A DNA stretch of 64,000 nt from Clostridia bacterium (lineage in GTDB: Bacteria > Bacillota > Clostridia > CAKSNL01 > HGM11501): assembly GCA_045545475.1 (NCBI GenBank), contig JAZQAZ010000030.1:32001-96000 (forward strand). The letters are read 5' to 3'. The position numbers and the translations under genes were made by a program. The notes under the pieces are model-generated. The model was not told the DNA's origin, searched no databases, and saw nothing but the letters and a program-made list of their open reading frames with translations. Numbering within the stretch: position 1 is the stretch's first letter; each line of letters begins with the position of its first letter. Below are positions 1 to 10,157 of the stretch, in pieces.

Positions 1-290
1 CTTTCCGAATCGCACTCAAAACCGATTATGATTACATTAGGGGCTGTGTTATTGATGCACCGGAGTGAATGAGTCTCCCCTGTTTTATGTATTATCATCA
101 TACCTTCTTTAAGGATTCCTTTATAGTTTTCTGCTTCTACAGAAATCTCTCCGTTATCAACATAGACAAGCTCCCTGAATGGATGGCTGTCTTTTGTAGT
201 ATGATATTCTTTTGTAAATTCAAAATAATGAATGTTGGCAATTCTGCTCACCGTAATTGCCATCTTAAATTCCTTAAGCTTAAAATCCAT
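1..290 (-). CDS. AraC-family transcriptional regulator, N-terminal cupin domain (runs off the window start)
   Basis: Not in the ORF track. Manual translation of the minus strand from ATG at 290 after RBS AGGTGG gives MDFKLKEFKMAITVSRIANIHYFEFTKEYHTTKDSHPFRELVYVDNGEISV...THSLRC...APNVIIIGFEC, typical of clostridial AraC N-termini. Divergent from the catabolic operon. Confidence 0.7.
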   Translation of the reverse strand, partial: MDFKLKEFKMAITVSRIANIHYFEFTKEYHTTKDSHPFRELVYVDNGEISVEAENYKGILKEGMMIIHKTGETHSLRCINNTAPNVIIIGFECDSE

Positions 291-456
291 AATATCACCA
301 CCTAAATAAATTTTAGCATTTTTACCAATTTTGTCAACAGAAAATTTATTCTATATTAATTTTATTTAATATTATGCAAAATGTTTTTAACATTATCCAA
401 ATACAAACAGCAAAACTTTCTGTATAATGAACTAAAGTTATAAAGGAGGTCTTTAT

Positions 457-1629
457 ATGTCAAGAATTTGTATCCCCGATTATGAATACAGAGAAAGAAT
501 TGCAAAAGCCGCAAAAATGGTGGCTGACAAAGGTCTGGATGTCATGGTTGTATGCTCAACTGAGTCCGACTATGCCAATGCCAGATATTTTTCGGGTTTC
601 TGGCCCTTATTCGAAAGAGCAGGCGTTGCCATCGCCGCTAACGGAGATGCAGCATTAATGGTGGGCCCGGAGTGTATTATCTTTGCAAAGGACGTTGCGA
701 AGATGAACAAAATTTTCTGTCTCCGGGAATTCCGTGAGTCTGCCGATCCATCATATCCCGAGCTTCAGGCAAGTACATTCCGTGACGTTTTTTCGGCAAT
801 CGGCGTAAAGGGCGAAAACATAAAAATCGGCTTAGGAAGCTATGTCGAATGCACTCTTCCCATCTTTGAAGGGCTTAAAGAAAGCTTTCCGAAGGCTGAA
901 ATTTTAAAGTGCAACGATATTATGGTTAATCTTCGTAAAATCAAAAGCGAAAACGAGCTTTCATGCATAAAGGAAGGCTTCAGAATCATCGACCTTGCAA
1001 CAAGCGAAGTAATAAGAAATCTTCGCCCGGGCGTTACCGAGCTTCAGATGGTGGGCATCGCACAGAAGGTAATTTACGAAGAAGGTGCAGAATACGAAGG
1101 TCTGCCCATGTATGTATTCAGCGAAAAATCCACAAGTCACGCCATAAGCCGTTCCGGCTACCGAGAAATAAATAAGGGAGATATTGTTCAGCTTAACCTG
1201 TCTGCAAAAATTGACGGTTATTCTCCCTCTATAGGTCTTCCTGTGGTTATGGGAAAACTGGAAGGCGAGCGAAAAAGAGTTGTAAAGTTCTGTTTAGATG
1301 CACATAACTGGACAGTTGACCGCCTTAAAGCAGGTGTTATGGCAAGCTCCATTGCAAAAGATTTCTATAAGATGTATGTTGACAACGGCTTTAAAGAAAA
1401 CTTCGTTTACGGTCCTTGCCACGGCACAGGTATGATTGAAGTTGAAGCACCCTGGATGGAAACAATTTCAGACTATCCCTTAGAGGAAAATATGACCTTC
1501 CAGGTAGACACCTTTATTTCAGGTGACGGCTTTGGCGTACGTTGGGAAAAGGGCGTTGCAATAACCAAAGCAGGCTGTACTTCAATGACCAATTATCTCA
1601 ACCGAGGAATAATTGAGCTTGACTTTTAA
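457..1629 (+). CDS. M24 (Xaa-Pro peptidase/creatinase) family protein
   Basis: Creatinase_N-like N-terminus (ARYFSGF), LRKIKSENE linker and pita-bread C-terminus (CHGTG, GVRWE). RBS AGGAGG. Confidence 0.85.
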   Translation: MSRICIPDYEYRERIAKAAKMVADKGLDVMVVCSTESDYANARYFSGFWPLFERAGVAIAANGDAALMVGPECIIFAKDVAKMNKIFCLREFRESADPSYPELQASTFRDVFSAIGVKGENIKIGLGSYVECTLPIFEGLKESFPKAEILKCNDIMVNLRKIKSENELSCIKEGFRIIDLATSEVIRNLRPGVTELQMVGIAQKVIYEEGAEYEGLPMYVFSEKSTSHAISRSGYREINKGDIVQLNLSAKIDGYSPSIGLPVVMGKLEGERKRVVKFCLDAHNWTVDRLKAGVMASSIAKDFYKMYVDNGFKENFVYGPCHGTGMIEVEAPWMETISDYPLEENMTFQVDTFISGDGFGVRWEKGVAITKAGCTSMTNYLNRGIIELDF

Positions 1630-1640
1630 GGAGGGATAAT

Positions 1641-2006
1641 ATGACTGTCGGTAAAAAAGAATGGATTATCCCGGATTGCGAGCTTCCACCCGAAGGCGAA
1701 GGAGAATTAAAAGGGCATGAATCTGTAATCATAGTAAATGATTCAGAGATTGATGCTACTATTTCCGTTAAGCTTTTCTTCACTGACCGTGATGCATACG
1801 AGAACATCTGCTGGACTGTTGAAAAGAACAGGGTAAGATGCTTTCGTATGAACAATCTTTCCGATATGTGCGGTTATTCCATACCCAAAGAAACACAGTA
1901 CGCTATGAAAATTTCAAGCAATACGCCAATAGTTGTGCAGTACGGAAGACTTGATAACCGCCAGGTTAATCTTGCCTACTATACCACTTTGGGCTATGCC
2001 GAATAA
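1641..2006 (+). CDS. Sensory rhodopsin transducer (ASRT) family protein
   Basis: Motifs WIIPDCELPP, GHESVIIVN and PIVVQYGRLD-x-RQ-x-NLAY match ASRT proteins. Confidence 0.8.
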   Translation: MTVGKKEWIIPDCELPPEGEGELKGHESVIIVNDSEIDATISVKLFFTDRDAYENICWTVEKNRVRCFRMNNLSDMCGYSIPKETQYAMKISSNTPIVVQYGRLDNRQVNLAYYTTLGYAE

Positions 2007-2016
2007 GGAGGATATT

Positions 2017-2751
2017 ATGGACCTTAATTTCAGTTTTCCAAAAGAACTCGCAAGGGTAAAGGATGAGAAAATTCCTGTTGTTTTGTGTGGCGGAACGGTG
2101 GAATATCACGGTGCTCACTGTTCTTTCGGATGCGACTCTTTAATTGCCGAAGGGCTTATAAAAAAGCTTTCAGAAAAAAAAGAAATTATGATTTATCCCA
2201 CGGTTTATTACAGCCCCTCAAGCTATGCCGTTGCCGACGAAACCAGCGGAACGGTACACATTGAAGAGGATGTCTTTGAAGCCTACCTTTTCGGGATATT
2301 TAAAAATATGCTTTATGCAGGGCTTCGTAACATTTATGTTGTAATACACCACCAGTTTGAATCTGAAAGCCTTATGCCGATGACGCTATCCTATATGAAG
2401 GCGGCAAAGCGTGCCACAATGCGCTATCTGGAGGAAACCCTTGGCAAAGGCTGGTGGGGCAGCGAAAGCTTTTCCGACTACTATGACAATCTCGGCGGAG
2501 GCGATGACCCGTTTTCCTGGATAAAGGTAATTCCTACAATGAGCACAGAAGTTCAGAAAGCAACCGGCTATGATCATGCCGGAAAATATGAGTGTTCTAT
2601 TTTAATGGCATTATACCCTGACGCCGTAAAAAAAGAACGCATTAATGACATTCGTCACTGGTTTTCCGAAAGTGCAAAGGATGCCTCCGTTGAATTGGGT
2701 AAAGAAATGATTGAAAAATCCCTCATATACTTGGATGAAAAGATAATATAA
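2017..2751 (+). CDS. Creatininase family amidohydrolase
   Basis: G-x-VEYHGAHCSFGCD and DHAGKYE metal motifs. ATG at 2017 after AAGGAGG. Confidence 0.85.
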   Translation: MDLNFSFPKELARVKDEKIPVVLCGGTVEYHGAHCSFGCDSLIAEGLIKKLSEKKEIMIYPTVYYSPSSYAVADETSGTVHIEEDVFEAYLFGIFKNMLYAGLRNIYVVIHHQFESESLMPMTLSYMKAAKRATMRYLEETLGKGWWGSESFSDYYDNLGGGDDPFSWIKVIPTMSTEVQKATGYDHAGKYECSILMALYPDAVKKERINDIRHWFSESAKDASVELGKEMIEKSLIYLDEKII

Positions 2752-2778
2752 AAAACAGCAGGCGTTGCCTGCTGTTTT
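2752..2778. terminator. Bidirectional intrinsic terminator
   Basis: AAAACAGCAGGC-gtt-GCCTGCTGTTTT between convergent genes. Confidence 0.8.
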
Positions 2779-2783
2779 CATTT

Positions 2784-3035
2784 TTACTTATCAGAAAGAT
2801 AATCGCTGAATACAACCTCCAAAAGTTCATCACGCTCAATCTTACTCATGATATTTCTTGCACCGTTATGGCTCGTGATGTAGCTGGGGTCGCCTGACAT
2901 AATGTAACCCACAATCTGCCCAATGGGGTCATATCCTTTCTCTCTGAGTGCCGCACACACGGTGCTTAAAGCAGCTCTTATTTCATCACCTCTGTCAAGG
3001 GGAAGATGAAACATTGTAGTGTTGTCTATATTCAT
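2784..3035 (-). CDS. IreB/ReoM (UPF0297) family regulatory phosphoprotein
   Basis: ALREKGYDPIGQIVGYIMSGDPSYITSHNGAR...IERDELLE signature. Confidence 0.9.
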   Translation of the reverse strand: MNIDNTTMFHLPLDRGDEIRAALSTVCAALREKGYDPIGQIVGYIMSGDPSYITSHNGARNIMSKIERDELLEVVFSDYLSDK

Positions 3036-3122
3036 CGGTTACACCATCCTTTCACTCATATAATACTACTGTTTTATGAAAAATTCAATACCTGAAATCA
3101 ATTTTTAACAAACTCTTAACAT

Positions 3123-4829
3123 TTATTTTGATTCTGCCATTGCTTTTTCGTTTTCTTCCTTTTCAAGAACTGTATAGGCTACCTTTCCGACAAGAGTTTT
3201 CGGTAAGCTGTCACGGAACTCATATTCCCTGGGAAGAGCATATTTTGCAATATTCTTCTCGCAAAGCTCACGAATTTCATTCTTGAGTTCTTCCGTTGCA
3301 GTAAAGCCCGGCTTAAGCACGATAAATGCCTTTATTCTCTGCATACGATAGTCATCCTTTACACCGATTACCGTAGAAAGCATAACCGCCTCGTGGGAGT
3401 CGATTACATTTTCAATCTGAGAAGGATATACATTATATCCGCTTGTAACAATCATTCTCTTAAGTCTCTGCTTGAAATAGATAAAGCCATCCTCATCCAT
3501 ATAGCCAAGGTCACCTGTATGAAGCCATGTTCTTCCGTCTTCATGAATCTGCAACGTTTTTGCCGTTTCCTTAGGCTCATTAAGATAGCCTGTCATAAGA
3601 GTAGGGCCTGAGATGCATATTTCGCCAAGTTCACCCGGTTCTGCCTCATCAAAGGTATCCGGAACCACGATTTTATAAAATACGTCGGGGAACGGCACAC
3701 CGATGGATCCCTCTCTGTAGTATTCCTTCGGAGTAAGACAGCTTGCGGTTACACATTCGGTTAAGCCATAGCCTTCTCTGACCTGAATATGTGCTCCATG
3801 TTCCTTTAAGAATGCGTCAACCTTCTTCTTAAGGGAAACAGAAAGGCTGTCACCGCCTGAAAATACACCTTTAAGGCTTGATAAATCAATATCCTGCATA
3901 CCTTCTGAACGCATCATCGCTTCAAAAAGCGTGGGCACACCCGCCATATAATTAGGCTTATATTTCTTGAAATGTCCTGCAAATTCCTTAACGTCAACCT
4001 TGGGAATAAGTGCACACATACCTCCGCCTAAAAGCATTGTATGTATACATACACCAAGACCAAAACCATGGAATACCGGCATTGCAGAAAGCATAATATC
4101 TCCCGCTGCAAAACATCCGCTTGCCGCTATCGTCTGAAGAGCAAGAGCGTTGAAATTGCGATTTGAAAGAAGTATACCCTTTGATGTTCCGGTTGTTCCT
4201 CCGCTGTACAAAATTGCCGCAGTATCCTCGCTTTCCGGAAGCGGGGGCATTGCTCCTGTATACTTTTTGCCACCTTCTATAAAGTCTTTATAGGTTATAA
4301 CGTGCTCTGACGTTTCTATCTTTCTTTCGTGACCGATAAATTTATACGCCAGGCTCTTTATGGGGGGAAGTGCCTCTCCTATTTTTGTTACAATAACCCT
4401 TTTAAGATTAGACTTTCCTTCTATCGCCTCGAACTTCTTATAAAAGTCGGTAAGAGTTATTGCAAGAACGCTCTCAGATACATTGAGATAGAAAAGTATC
4501 TCGTTTTCTGCAGATAAGGGATGCACCATATTTGCAACCGCACCGATTTTGTTTATGGCATAGAGCATAATAATTGCCTGAGGCGTGTTGGGAAGGCAGA
4601 TTGTAACCTTATCCCCCGGCTTTACTCCTTCTGCAAGAAGGGCTTTGGCACAAACGGAAATTTCTTTTACAAATTCCTTATAGGTTTTTGTGTTTCCCAT
4701 AAAGTCGTATGCCTTATAGTCCGGATAATTTACCGCCGATTCAAGAACCATCTCATACATTGACTTTTCGGGGTATGTAAGCGTTGCGGGCGTATCTCCG
4801 TAAAATTTAATCCATGCTTCAGAATTCAA
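3123..4829 (-). CDS. Long-chain fatty-acid--CoA ligase (AMP-binding family)
   Basis: YSGGTTGTSKG, GYGLTE, LHTGDLG and LPKTLVGK motifs. Probable TTG start at 4829 after GGAGG; the ORF track extends to 4892. Confidence 0.9.
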   Translation of the reverse strand: MNSEAWIKFYGDTPATLTYPEKSMYEMVLESAVNYPDYKAYDFMGNTKTYKEFVKEISVCAKALLAEGVKPGDKVTICLPNTPQAIIMLYAINKIGAVANMVHPLSAENEILFYLNVSESVLAITLTDFYKKFEAIEGKSNLKRVIVTKIGEALPPIKSLAYKFIGHERKIETSEHVITYKDFIEGGKKYTGAMPPLPESEDTAAILYSGGTTGTSKGILLSNRNFNALALQTIAASGCFAAGDIMLSAMPVFHGFGLGVCIHTMLLGGGMCALIPKVDVKEFAGHFKKYKPNYMAGVPTLFEAMMRSEGMQDIDLSSLKGVFSGGDSLSVSLKKKVDAFLKEHGAHIQVREGYGLTECVTASCLTPKEYYREGSIGVPFPDVFYKIVVPDTFDEAEPGELGEICISGPTLMTGYLNEPKETAKTLQIHEDGRTWLHTGDLGYMDEDGFIYFKQRLKRMIVTSGYNVYPSQIENVIDSHEAVMLSTVIGVKDDYRMQRIKAFIVLKPGFTATEELKNEIRELCEKNIAKYALPREYEFRDSLPKTLVGKVAYTVLEKEENEKAMAESK

Positions 4830-5685
4830 AGTCAATCGCCTCCGAAAGTGGTTTATCAAGTAAATAAGGATTTTTAAATAAATGCTTAACAAGCTTTAAT
4901 GAACGGGCAAAATAAAACCCGTCTGCTATTCTTTCGTCAAGCGTAACGCCAATTGACACAACATCACGGGGAACGAAATTTCCTTCCTCGTCAGCTATCA
5001 ATTCCTTATGAATAACGCCGATTGTTATGACAACACTGTTGGTTCCGAAGTTGTTCAGGTGGTGATATACCGCATCACACTTTATGCTTCCGAGATTGGA
5101 TAAAAGCACCGAGCAGTAATTTATATCCACGTCGGTAACCATACGTGGCATAATGCCGTGAGAATCCGCAAAACGCATAACTCCCATAAAGGCATGCATT
5201 AAAAGCTTGGGAAAATGCTTGACAACATTCAAGATGTCGTCCGGGTTTTTCGTCTTCTTTCCGCTTCTGGTTTTTGTAAGCCAGCTTGTTATTCCATCGG
5301 TAATATCGGTAAGAACTTCATCTTCCTTGACTTTGTAAATCATAAGCGTTTCTTCGGCATGATCTGTAAACTGCTTTTTAACCGTAAATCCTAATGTTAT
5401 ATCGTTTCTGTCATAAAAACGTTTTCCCGAAATATAGCGATTTAAAAGCGGTCTCATTTTGACAGTTCTTGCAACGGCTGCAAGGAAGCAATGAAAAAGT
5501 GTAACTTTGCGTTCCCCACTCGCATTCTTCTCCGCAATATAACGAAGAAGTTCTGTTACATCGATGGTTTCATTTATATATACCTCTGCGTCCGTCCTCT
5601 TCGGCATAAGATATGCCATATAGTGATGCATTCCGTCAAGATTCCTTACTTTTACAGCATCACGTCTGTCTCCCCATTTTCTCAC
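4819..5685 (-). CDS. Stand-alone 2-oxoacid dehydrogenase E2-like acyltransferase catalytic domain
   Basis: LSNLGSI and TLDERIADG motifs. No lipoyl domain. Confidence 0.8.
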   Translation of the reverse strand: MRKWGDRRDAVKVRNLDGMHHYMAYLMPKRTDAEVYINETIDVTELLRYIAEKNASGERKVTLFHCFLAAVARTVKMRPLLNRYISGKRFYDRNDITLGFTVKKQFTDHAEETLMIYKVKEDEVLTDITDGITSWLTKTRSGKKTKNPDDILNVVKHFPKLLMHAFMGVMRFADSHGIMPRMVTDVDINYCSVLLSNLGSIKCDAVYHHLNNFGTNSVVITIGVIHKELIADEEGNFVPRDVVSIGVTLDERIADGFYFARSLKLVKHLFKNPYLLDKPLSEAIDFEF

Positions 5686-5828
5686 ATAATCATCCCCTTA
5701 TATCTCATATGGACATAACTAGTATATTATACTACCTTTTTCGACATTTGTCAAATCCAAGAGAATTATTGACATAAGTTTGTTTTTTAATTATAATATA
5801 TCTATTCATCTTTGAAAGGAAGGTTCGC

Positions 5829-7046
5829 ATGGAACGCTGTTTTCCTAAAGCAAAAATAACAAAAAAAGGGGAACTTGCCTTAAAAAGCGGTCACCCCTGG
5901 GTTTTCGATGCCGAAGTCAAGGAGGTTTCCGCCTCCTATGAAAACGGCGATTTAGTTGACGTTTTCTCCGAAAAGGACCGTTATCTTGGCACCGGATACA
6001 TAAATGACAACTCCAAAATCCGCATAAGACTCATTTCCCGAAACGCCAACGATAAATTCGATGAAGATTTTTACCGTCGCCGCATCCGCTGGGCGTTAGA
6101 GTACAGAAAGACAGTTATGGGAGAAGATTTTTCCGCTTGCCGTTTAATTTTCGGTGAAGCAGATATGTTTCCCGGCCTCACAGTGGATAAGTTTTCGGAC
6201 ATATTATCAGTTCAGGTTTTATCCCTCGGAACAGAACGTATAAAGGATATGCTCTTTAAGATACTTATCGAAACCCTAAAAGAAATGGGAGAACCGATAC
6301 GCGCCATATATGAGCGTAACGATGTTGCCATCCGTGAAAAAGAGGGCCTTACCCAATACAAGGGGTTCTATAAGTCAGAAGGACTTTCTGACAATCTTGA
6401 CGGCCATGTAAAAATAAACGAAAACGGCATCATTTATGATGTTGACTACATAAACGGACAAAAAACAGGCTTCTTTCTTGACCAGAAATATAATCGCCTT
6501 GCCATAAGAAAAATTGCTAAAGGCCGCCGTGTACTTGACTGTTTCACTCACACAGGTTCCTTTGCTCTCAATGCAGCAGCCGGCGGAGCGGAATATGTAA
6601 ATGCCGTGGATATTTCAGAGGAAGCCTTGTCAACAGCAAAGAAAAATGCAGAGCTTAATTCTCTTTCCCTTGATTTTACCAAGGCGGATGTGTTCGACTT
6701 ACTTACAGAAATGGAAAGCTCAAAAAAATGCGACTACGATTTCATAATTTTAGACCCTCCCGCCTTTACCAAGAGCAGTGCGACTGTTAAAAACGCTTAC
6801 TACGGATACAAAGAGATAAACAAAAAAGCAATGAAGCTACTTCCAAGGGGCGGTTATTTCGCAACCTGTTCCTGCTCTCATTTCATGAAAAACGAGTTAT
6901 TTGTAAAGATGCTTAAGGAGGCAGCAGCAGAGGCTTCTGTATCTCTCAGACAGATAGAATGTCGCCAGCAAAGCTCCGATCATCCTATTTTATGGAATGT
7001 TCCGGAAACGGATTACTTAAAGTTTTACATTTTCCAGATTGTATAA
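5829..7046 (+). CDS. RlmI-like class I SAM-dependent rRNA methyltransferase (PUA + MTase)
   Basis: GHPWVF, GQKTGFFLDQ, DCFTHTGSF, ILDPPAF and TCSCS motifs. Confidence 0.9.
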   Translation: MERCFPKAKITKKGELALKSGHPWVFDAEVKEVSASYENGDLVDVFSEKDRYLGTGYINDNSKIRIRLISRNANDKFDEDFYRRRIRWALEYRKTVMGEDFSACRLIFGEADMFPGLTVDKFSDILSVQVLSLGTERIKDMLFKILIETLKEMGEPIRAIYERNDVAIREKEGLTQYKGFYKSEGLSDNLDGHVKINENGIIYDVDYINGQKTGFFLDQKYNRLAIRKIAKGRRVLDCFTHTGSFALNAAAGGAEYVNAVDISEEALSTAKKNAELNSLSLDFTKADVFDLLTEMESSKKCDYDFIILDPPAFTKSSATVKNAYYGYKEINKKAMKLLPRGGYFATCSCSHFMKNELFVKMLKEAAAEASVSLRQIECRQQSSDHPILWNVPETDYLKFYIFQIV

Positions 7047-7073
7047 AAAAACGAAGGAAATCCTTCGTTTTTT
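7046..7073. terminator. Bidirectional intrinsic terminator
   Basis: AAAAAACGAAGGA-aa-TCCTTCGTTTTTT between convergent genes. Confidence 0.7.
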
Positions 7074-7512
7074 ATTTTGTTATTCTGTCGAGCAGCTCGC
7101 AAAAAGCTTTTTTATAAGCTTCATCATCCGCTGCAGTTCTCTTCCTTGGCCCCTTTATCCTTTTACCGCTCCTAAGTGCTTTTTTTGCCTCATAACGGTC
7201 TGCAAGAAGAAAATCAATATTATCCGATGTATACAAAAGTCCATCCTGGCGGATGACATAAGCCCCTTTTGCAAGACACATGGACGCAAGACCGTAGTCC
7301 TGGGTTACCACAACATCTCCCGCATAAGCATTATTAGCTATCACGAAATCAGCACTGTCCGCACCCTTATCCACGGTAATGCACTCCGCATCTTCATGTC
7401 TGAATTCATGTGCTGTGTCAGAAAAAATCTTTACCTCTATTCCTCTTTTTACGCCTTCTTTCACCGTTATATCAGTGACAGGACAGCCATCTGCATCAAT
7501 TAAAATTTTCAC
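7072..7512 (-). CDS. YaiI/YqxD (UPF0178) family protein
   Basis: ILIDADGCPV, GADSADF and VVTQDYGLA motifs. Confidence 0.9.
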   Translation of the reverse strand: MKILIDADGCPVTDITVKEGVKRGIEVKIFSDTAHEFRHEDAECITVDKGADSADFVIANNAYAGDVVVTQDYGLASMCLAKGAYVIRQDGLLYTSDNIDFLLADRYEAKKALRSGKRIKGPRKRTAADDEAYKKAFCELLDRITK

Positions 7513-7520
7513 GCTTCACC

Positions 7521-8444
7521 TCAGAAAAAGAACTCATATAATATATCAAGGTCCTCAGTATATCTTTCATCAAGGAAGAATTCAATAAGAAGATTTTTCG
7601 CTTCTTTTCTGTATTCTTTCTGCATTTTTCTGTACACTTTCTTTGATTCGGATGCTGCCGTTTTATAATCATATGCAGGATCCGCAAGATAATTTTCCAT
7701 GTTAGCAGCTATCAATTCAAACAAACCCTTTATTTCAGCCACTTCCGTTCTGTACACAAGATCCTGACGTATTGCCGTAATGACCCTTATAAGTCTTCCT
7801 TCAAGTTCCTTACGCTCGACGGAATTTAAGTTAAACTCCGGAACATCCGGAAGCTCCGATAATACAAACTGAGAAAGTATGACACAAGCTTCTTCCCTTG
7901 TAATTTCTTCAGTCGCTCTAAAGAACCCGTTTTCGTCGGTTTCGATAAGAAAATTCGAAAGCATTTTCTTTACGCTTTCTTCCGCCCATGGAGATACTGC
8001 ATCATTCAAGGTTACTTCCACAGGAAGCATTGTAAAGCTCATAATATTATCAAGCATAACGCAAACCTGTTCACGGGTAAGTAAGTCATCAGGCCCGAAA
8101 AGAGAATTTCCGTAGCCTTTTATATACCCTGCGTTAACTGCAATCGCAACATCTTCATAATACCAGGCATCTTCAGATACATCAGAAAAATCAATTTCCG
8201 TCTTGGTTTCGTACATAAACACTCTATTTATTATTTTTACGGCCTGAGCACGTGTCAATGTGTCATCCGGACCAAAGAATCCATTTCCGTAGCCTGATAT
8301 TATTCCTTTTTCGCTCATGGCATAAATTGCTTTTCCGCCCACCGTCTGAGTGTCCACATCATAAAACTTAACATTGGCACAGACACTTACAACCAAAATG
8401 CACGCCAAAGTCAGTAATGCCGTTATTTTTTTCATGATATTCAT
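7521..8444 (-). CDS. S-layer homology (SLH) domain protein
   Basis: Signal peptide and three SLH repeats (GIISGYGNGFFGPDDTLTRAQ; IKGYGNSLFGPDDLLTREQ; ITREE). Confidence 0.85.
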   Translation of the reverse strand: MNIMKKITALLTLACILVVSVCANVKFYDVDTQTVGGKAIYAMSEKGIISGYGNGFFGPDDTLTRAQAVKIINRVFMYETKTEIDFSDVSEDAWYYEDVAIAVNAGYIKGYGNSLFGPDDLLTREQVCVMLDNIMSFTMLPVEVTLNDAVSPWAEESVKKMLSNFLIETDENGFFRATEEITREEACVILSQFVLSELPDVPEFNLNSVERKELEGRLIRVITAIRQDLVYRTEVAEIKGLFELIAANMENYLADPAYDYKTAASESKKVYRKMQKEYRKEAKNLLIEFFLDERYTEDLDILYEFFF

Positions 8445-8451
8445 TCCTTTA

Positions 8452-9216
8452 TTATTTCAAAATGCTCATATAGTCTGCCTTTTTCGCAGCCTTTTCAGAA
8501 TTGTATGCCTGTCTTATTACGCCAATCACCGAAATATCCGCTCCCGCTTCCGTAAGCTCAGTTTTCATTTCGGCAAGGAGTGATTCCACCTGGCTGTCGC
8601 ACTCGCTTTCAAGACTTAAAGCGTAATTTATATATTTGCTTGCAAAAGATGCTTTCGAAAGACTTTTCTTTTGTTCCTTTGTCAATGCAGAATAATCGCT
8701 TTTTGCCTGGGATTCAATGCTTCCCAGCTGTCCCAGATAATACGCTTTAAGACTGTAAAACTTAGCGGTATACCTTTTTATTATATCACTTCCCGGATTT
8801 TTTTCCTTCGCTTTATCTTTTGAATCCGCTTTATCAGAATTCTCTTCATTTACCGCAGAAGTTTTATTTTCTTCTGGCACGTCAGCAGAAGGTTCTTCAT
8901 TTTCTTCAATTAAAGTACCCTCATTTTCCTCAACAGAAGGTTCTTCTCCCAAAAGCAATTCAACAGCTTCATCCACCGTAATTTCTCCGCTTGCTATTTT
9001 TTCTTCTTCTTCAGGAGTAAAATTTCTCGGCATATCTTCACCGTATTCTTTTATTTTATCCTCAAGATCCTTTCTGTTATTTTCTATAATCTGCTCTACA
9101 CCGGCTTTATCATTAGTCATAAACAGATATAATGCCTTTATATTGTTTCTCTGCCAAAAACACAAGGCCACAATTAAAGCTATTGCTACCAGTAAAGCAA
9201 TCATCCATTTTTTCAT
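8452..9216 (-). CDS. Membrane-anchored hypothetical protein
   Basis: N-terminal hydrophobic anchor, acidic linker and helical C-terminus. RBS AAAGGG. Confidence 0.7.
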   Translation of the reverse strand: MKKWMIALLVAIALIVALCFWQRNNIKALYLFMTNDKAGVEQIIENNRKDLEDKIKEYGEDMPRNFTPEEEEKIASGEITVDEAVELLLGEEPSVEENEGTLIEENEEPSADVPEENKTSAVNEENSDKADSKDKAKEKNPGSDIIKRYTAKFYSLKAYYLGQLGSIESQAKSDYSALTKEQKKSLSKASFASKYINYALSLESECDSQVESLLAEMKTELTEAGADISVIGVIRQAYNSEKAAKKADYMSILK

Positions 9217-9395
9217 AAAACTAACCCTTTCCAGAAATCTTATATATTATACAGTATACCACTTTAGAGGCTCCCCGTCAATACAAGTGATTTTAAATTT
9301 AATTAGCCTCTTTACAAAATTCTCTTTTTGTTATATAATATAATCGATAATTTATGATATATCAAAATACTATCAATACCAATTGGGGTGATTTT

Positions 9396-10157
9396 TTGGA
9401 ACTCAACATAAGACAACTCTTCTTTATCATTTTGAAAAAATTGCCGATCATAATATCTTGCGGACTGGTCTTAGCATTATTGATGTTCTTGTACTCAACA
9501 TTTATGGTGACTCCACTTTACACATCTTCCGCAATGCTTTCAATTCAGGCAAGTGAAAACCGTGGAGACTACAAATCAGTTACCACCGCCGACTATACCG
9601 TTTCGGTAGAATTGGTTTCAACCATCTCAGAATTAATTAAAAATGATTCTTGCCTAAATATCGTCAGCAACATTTCAGAACTTAACCGATATTATAGTCT
9701 TTGGCAATTAAGAAACATGGTATCAATATCTTCAAGTGGAACAGAAAACTTTAATATAAAAGTTTCTTGTCCTAACCCGGAACATTCATTGCTTTTAGTA
9801 AACGCCTTTGCCGATGTTGTGTCCGATTCCTCTTTTGTTAACGGAAATATTGTAAACGCAGATGACAAGGATCCCAACAGAGGATACATCAAAAAAATAC
9901 TTAAAGCCGGTACCGTAACCTTAATTTCCGGAGCAAAATCTGTTCCGCTCAGACCTTCTTCACCAAATGTGCCAAGAAACACTTTCTTGGGATTTTTGGT
10001 TGGGTTTGCATTGGCTTGTGCTTTTTTCATAATCAAGGACTTATTCAGCAGCAAAGTTCTTACAGAAGATGATATCGAAACATTATTACCGGATCTCCCA
10101 TCTCTCGGAACTGTACCGGTAATTAATAACTCTCCGAAGGGAAGTGAGTACAGATGA
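9396..10157 (+). CDS. Wzz/CpsC-type chain-length determinant and BY-kinase modulator
   Basis: Two TM segments, TPLYTSSA and Pro-rich PSSPN before the C-terminal TM. Probable TTG start at 9396. Confidence 0.8.
   Translation: MELNIRQLFFIILKKLPIIISCGLVLALLMFLYSTFMVTPLYTSSAMLSIQASENRGDYKSVTTADYTVSVELVSTISELIKNDSCLNIVSNISELNRYYSLWQLRNMVSISSSGTENFNIKVSCPNPEHSLLLVNAFADVVSDSSFVNGNIVNADDKDPNRGYIKKILKAGTVTLISGAKSVPLRPSSPNVPRNTFLGFLVGFALACAFFIIKDLFSSKVLTEDDIETLLPDLPSLGTVPVINNSPKGSEYR

Noticed and set aside
69-305. 78-aa plus-strand ORF
   Set aside because: It overlaps the better-supported minus-strand AraC-type gene.
1641-2006. Rhodopsin-based photosensing implied by ASRT
   Set aside because: There is no rhodopsin or other 7-TM gene adjacent; the context is catabolic.
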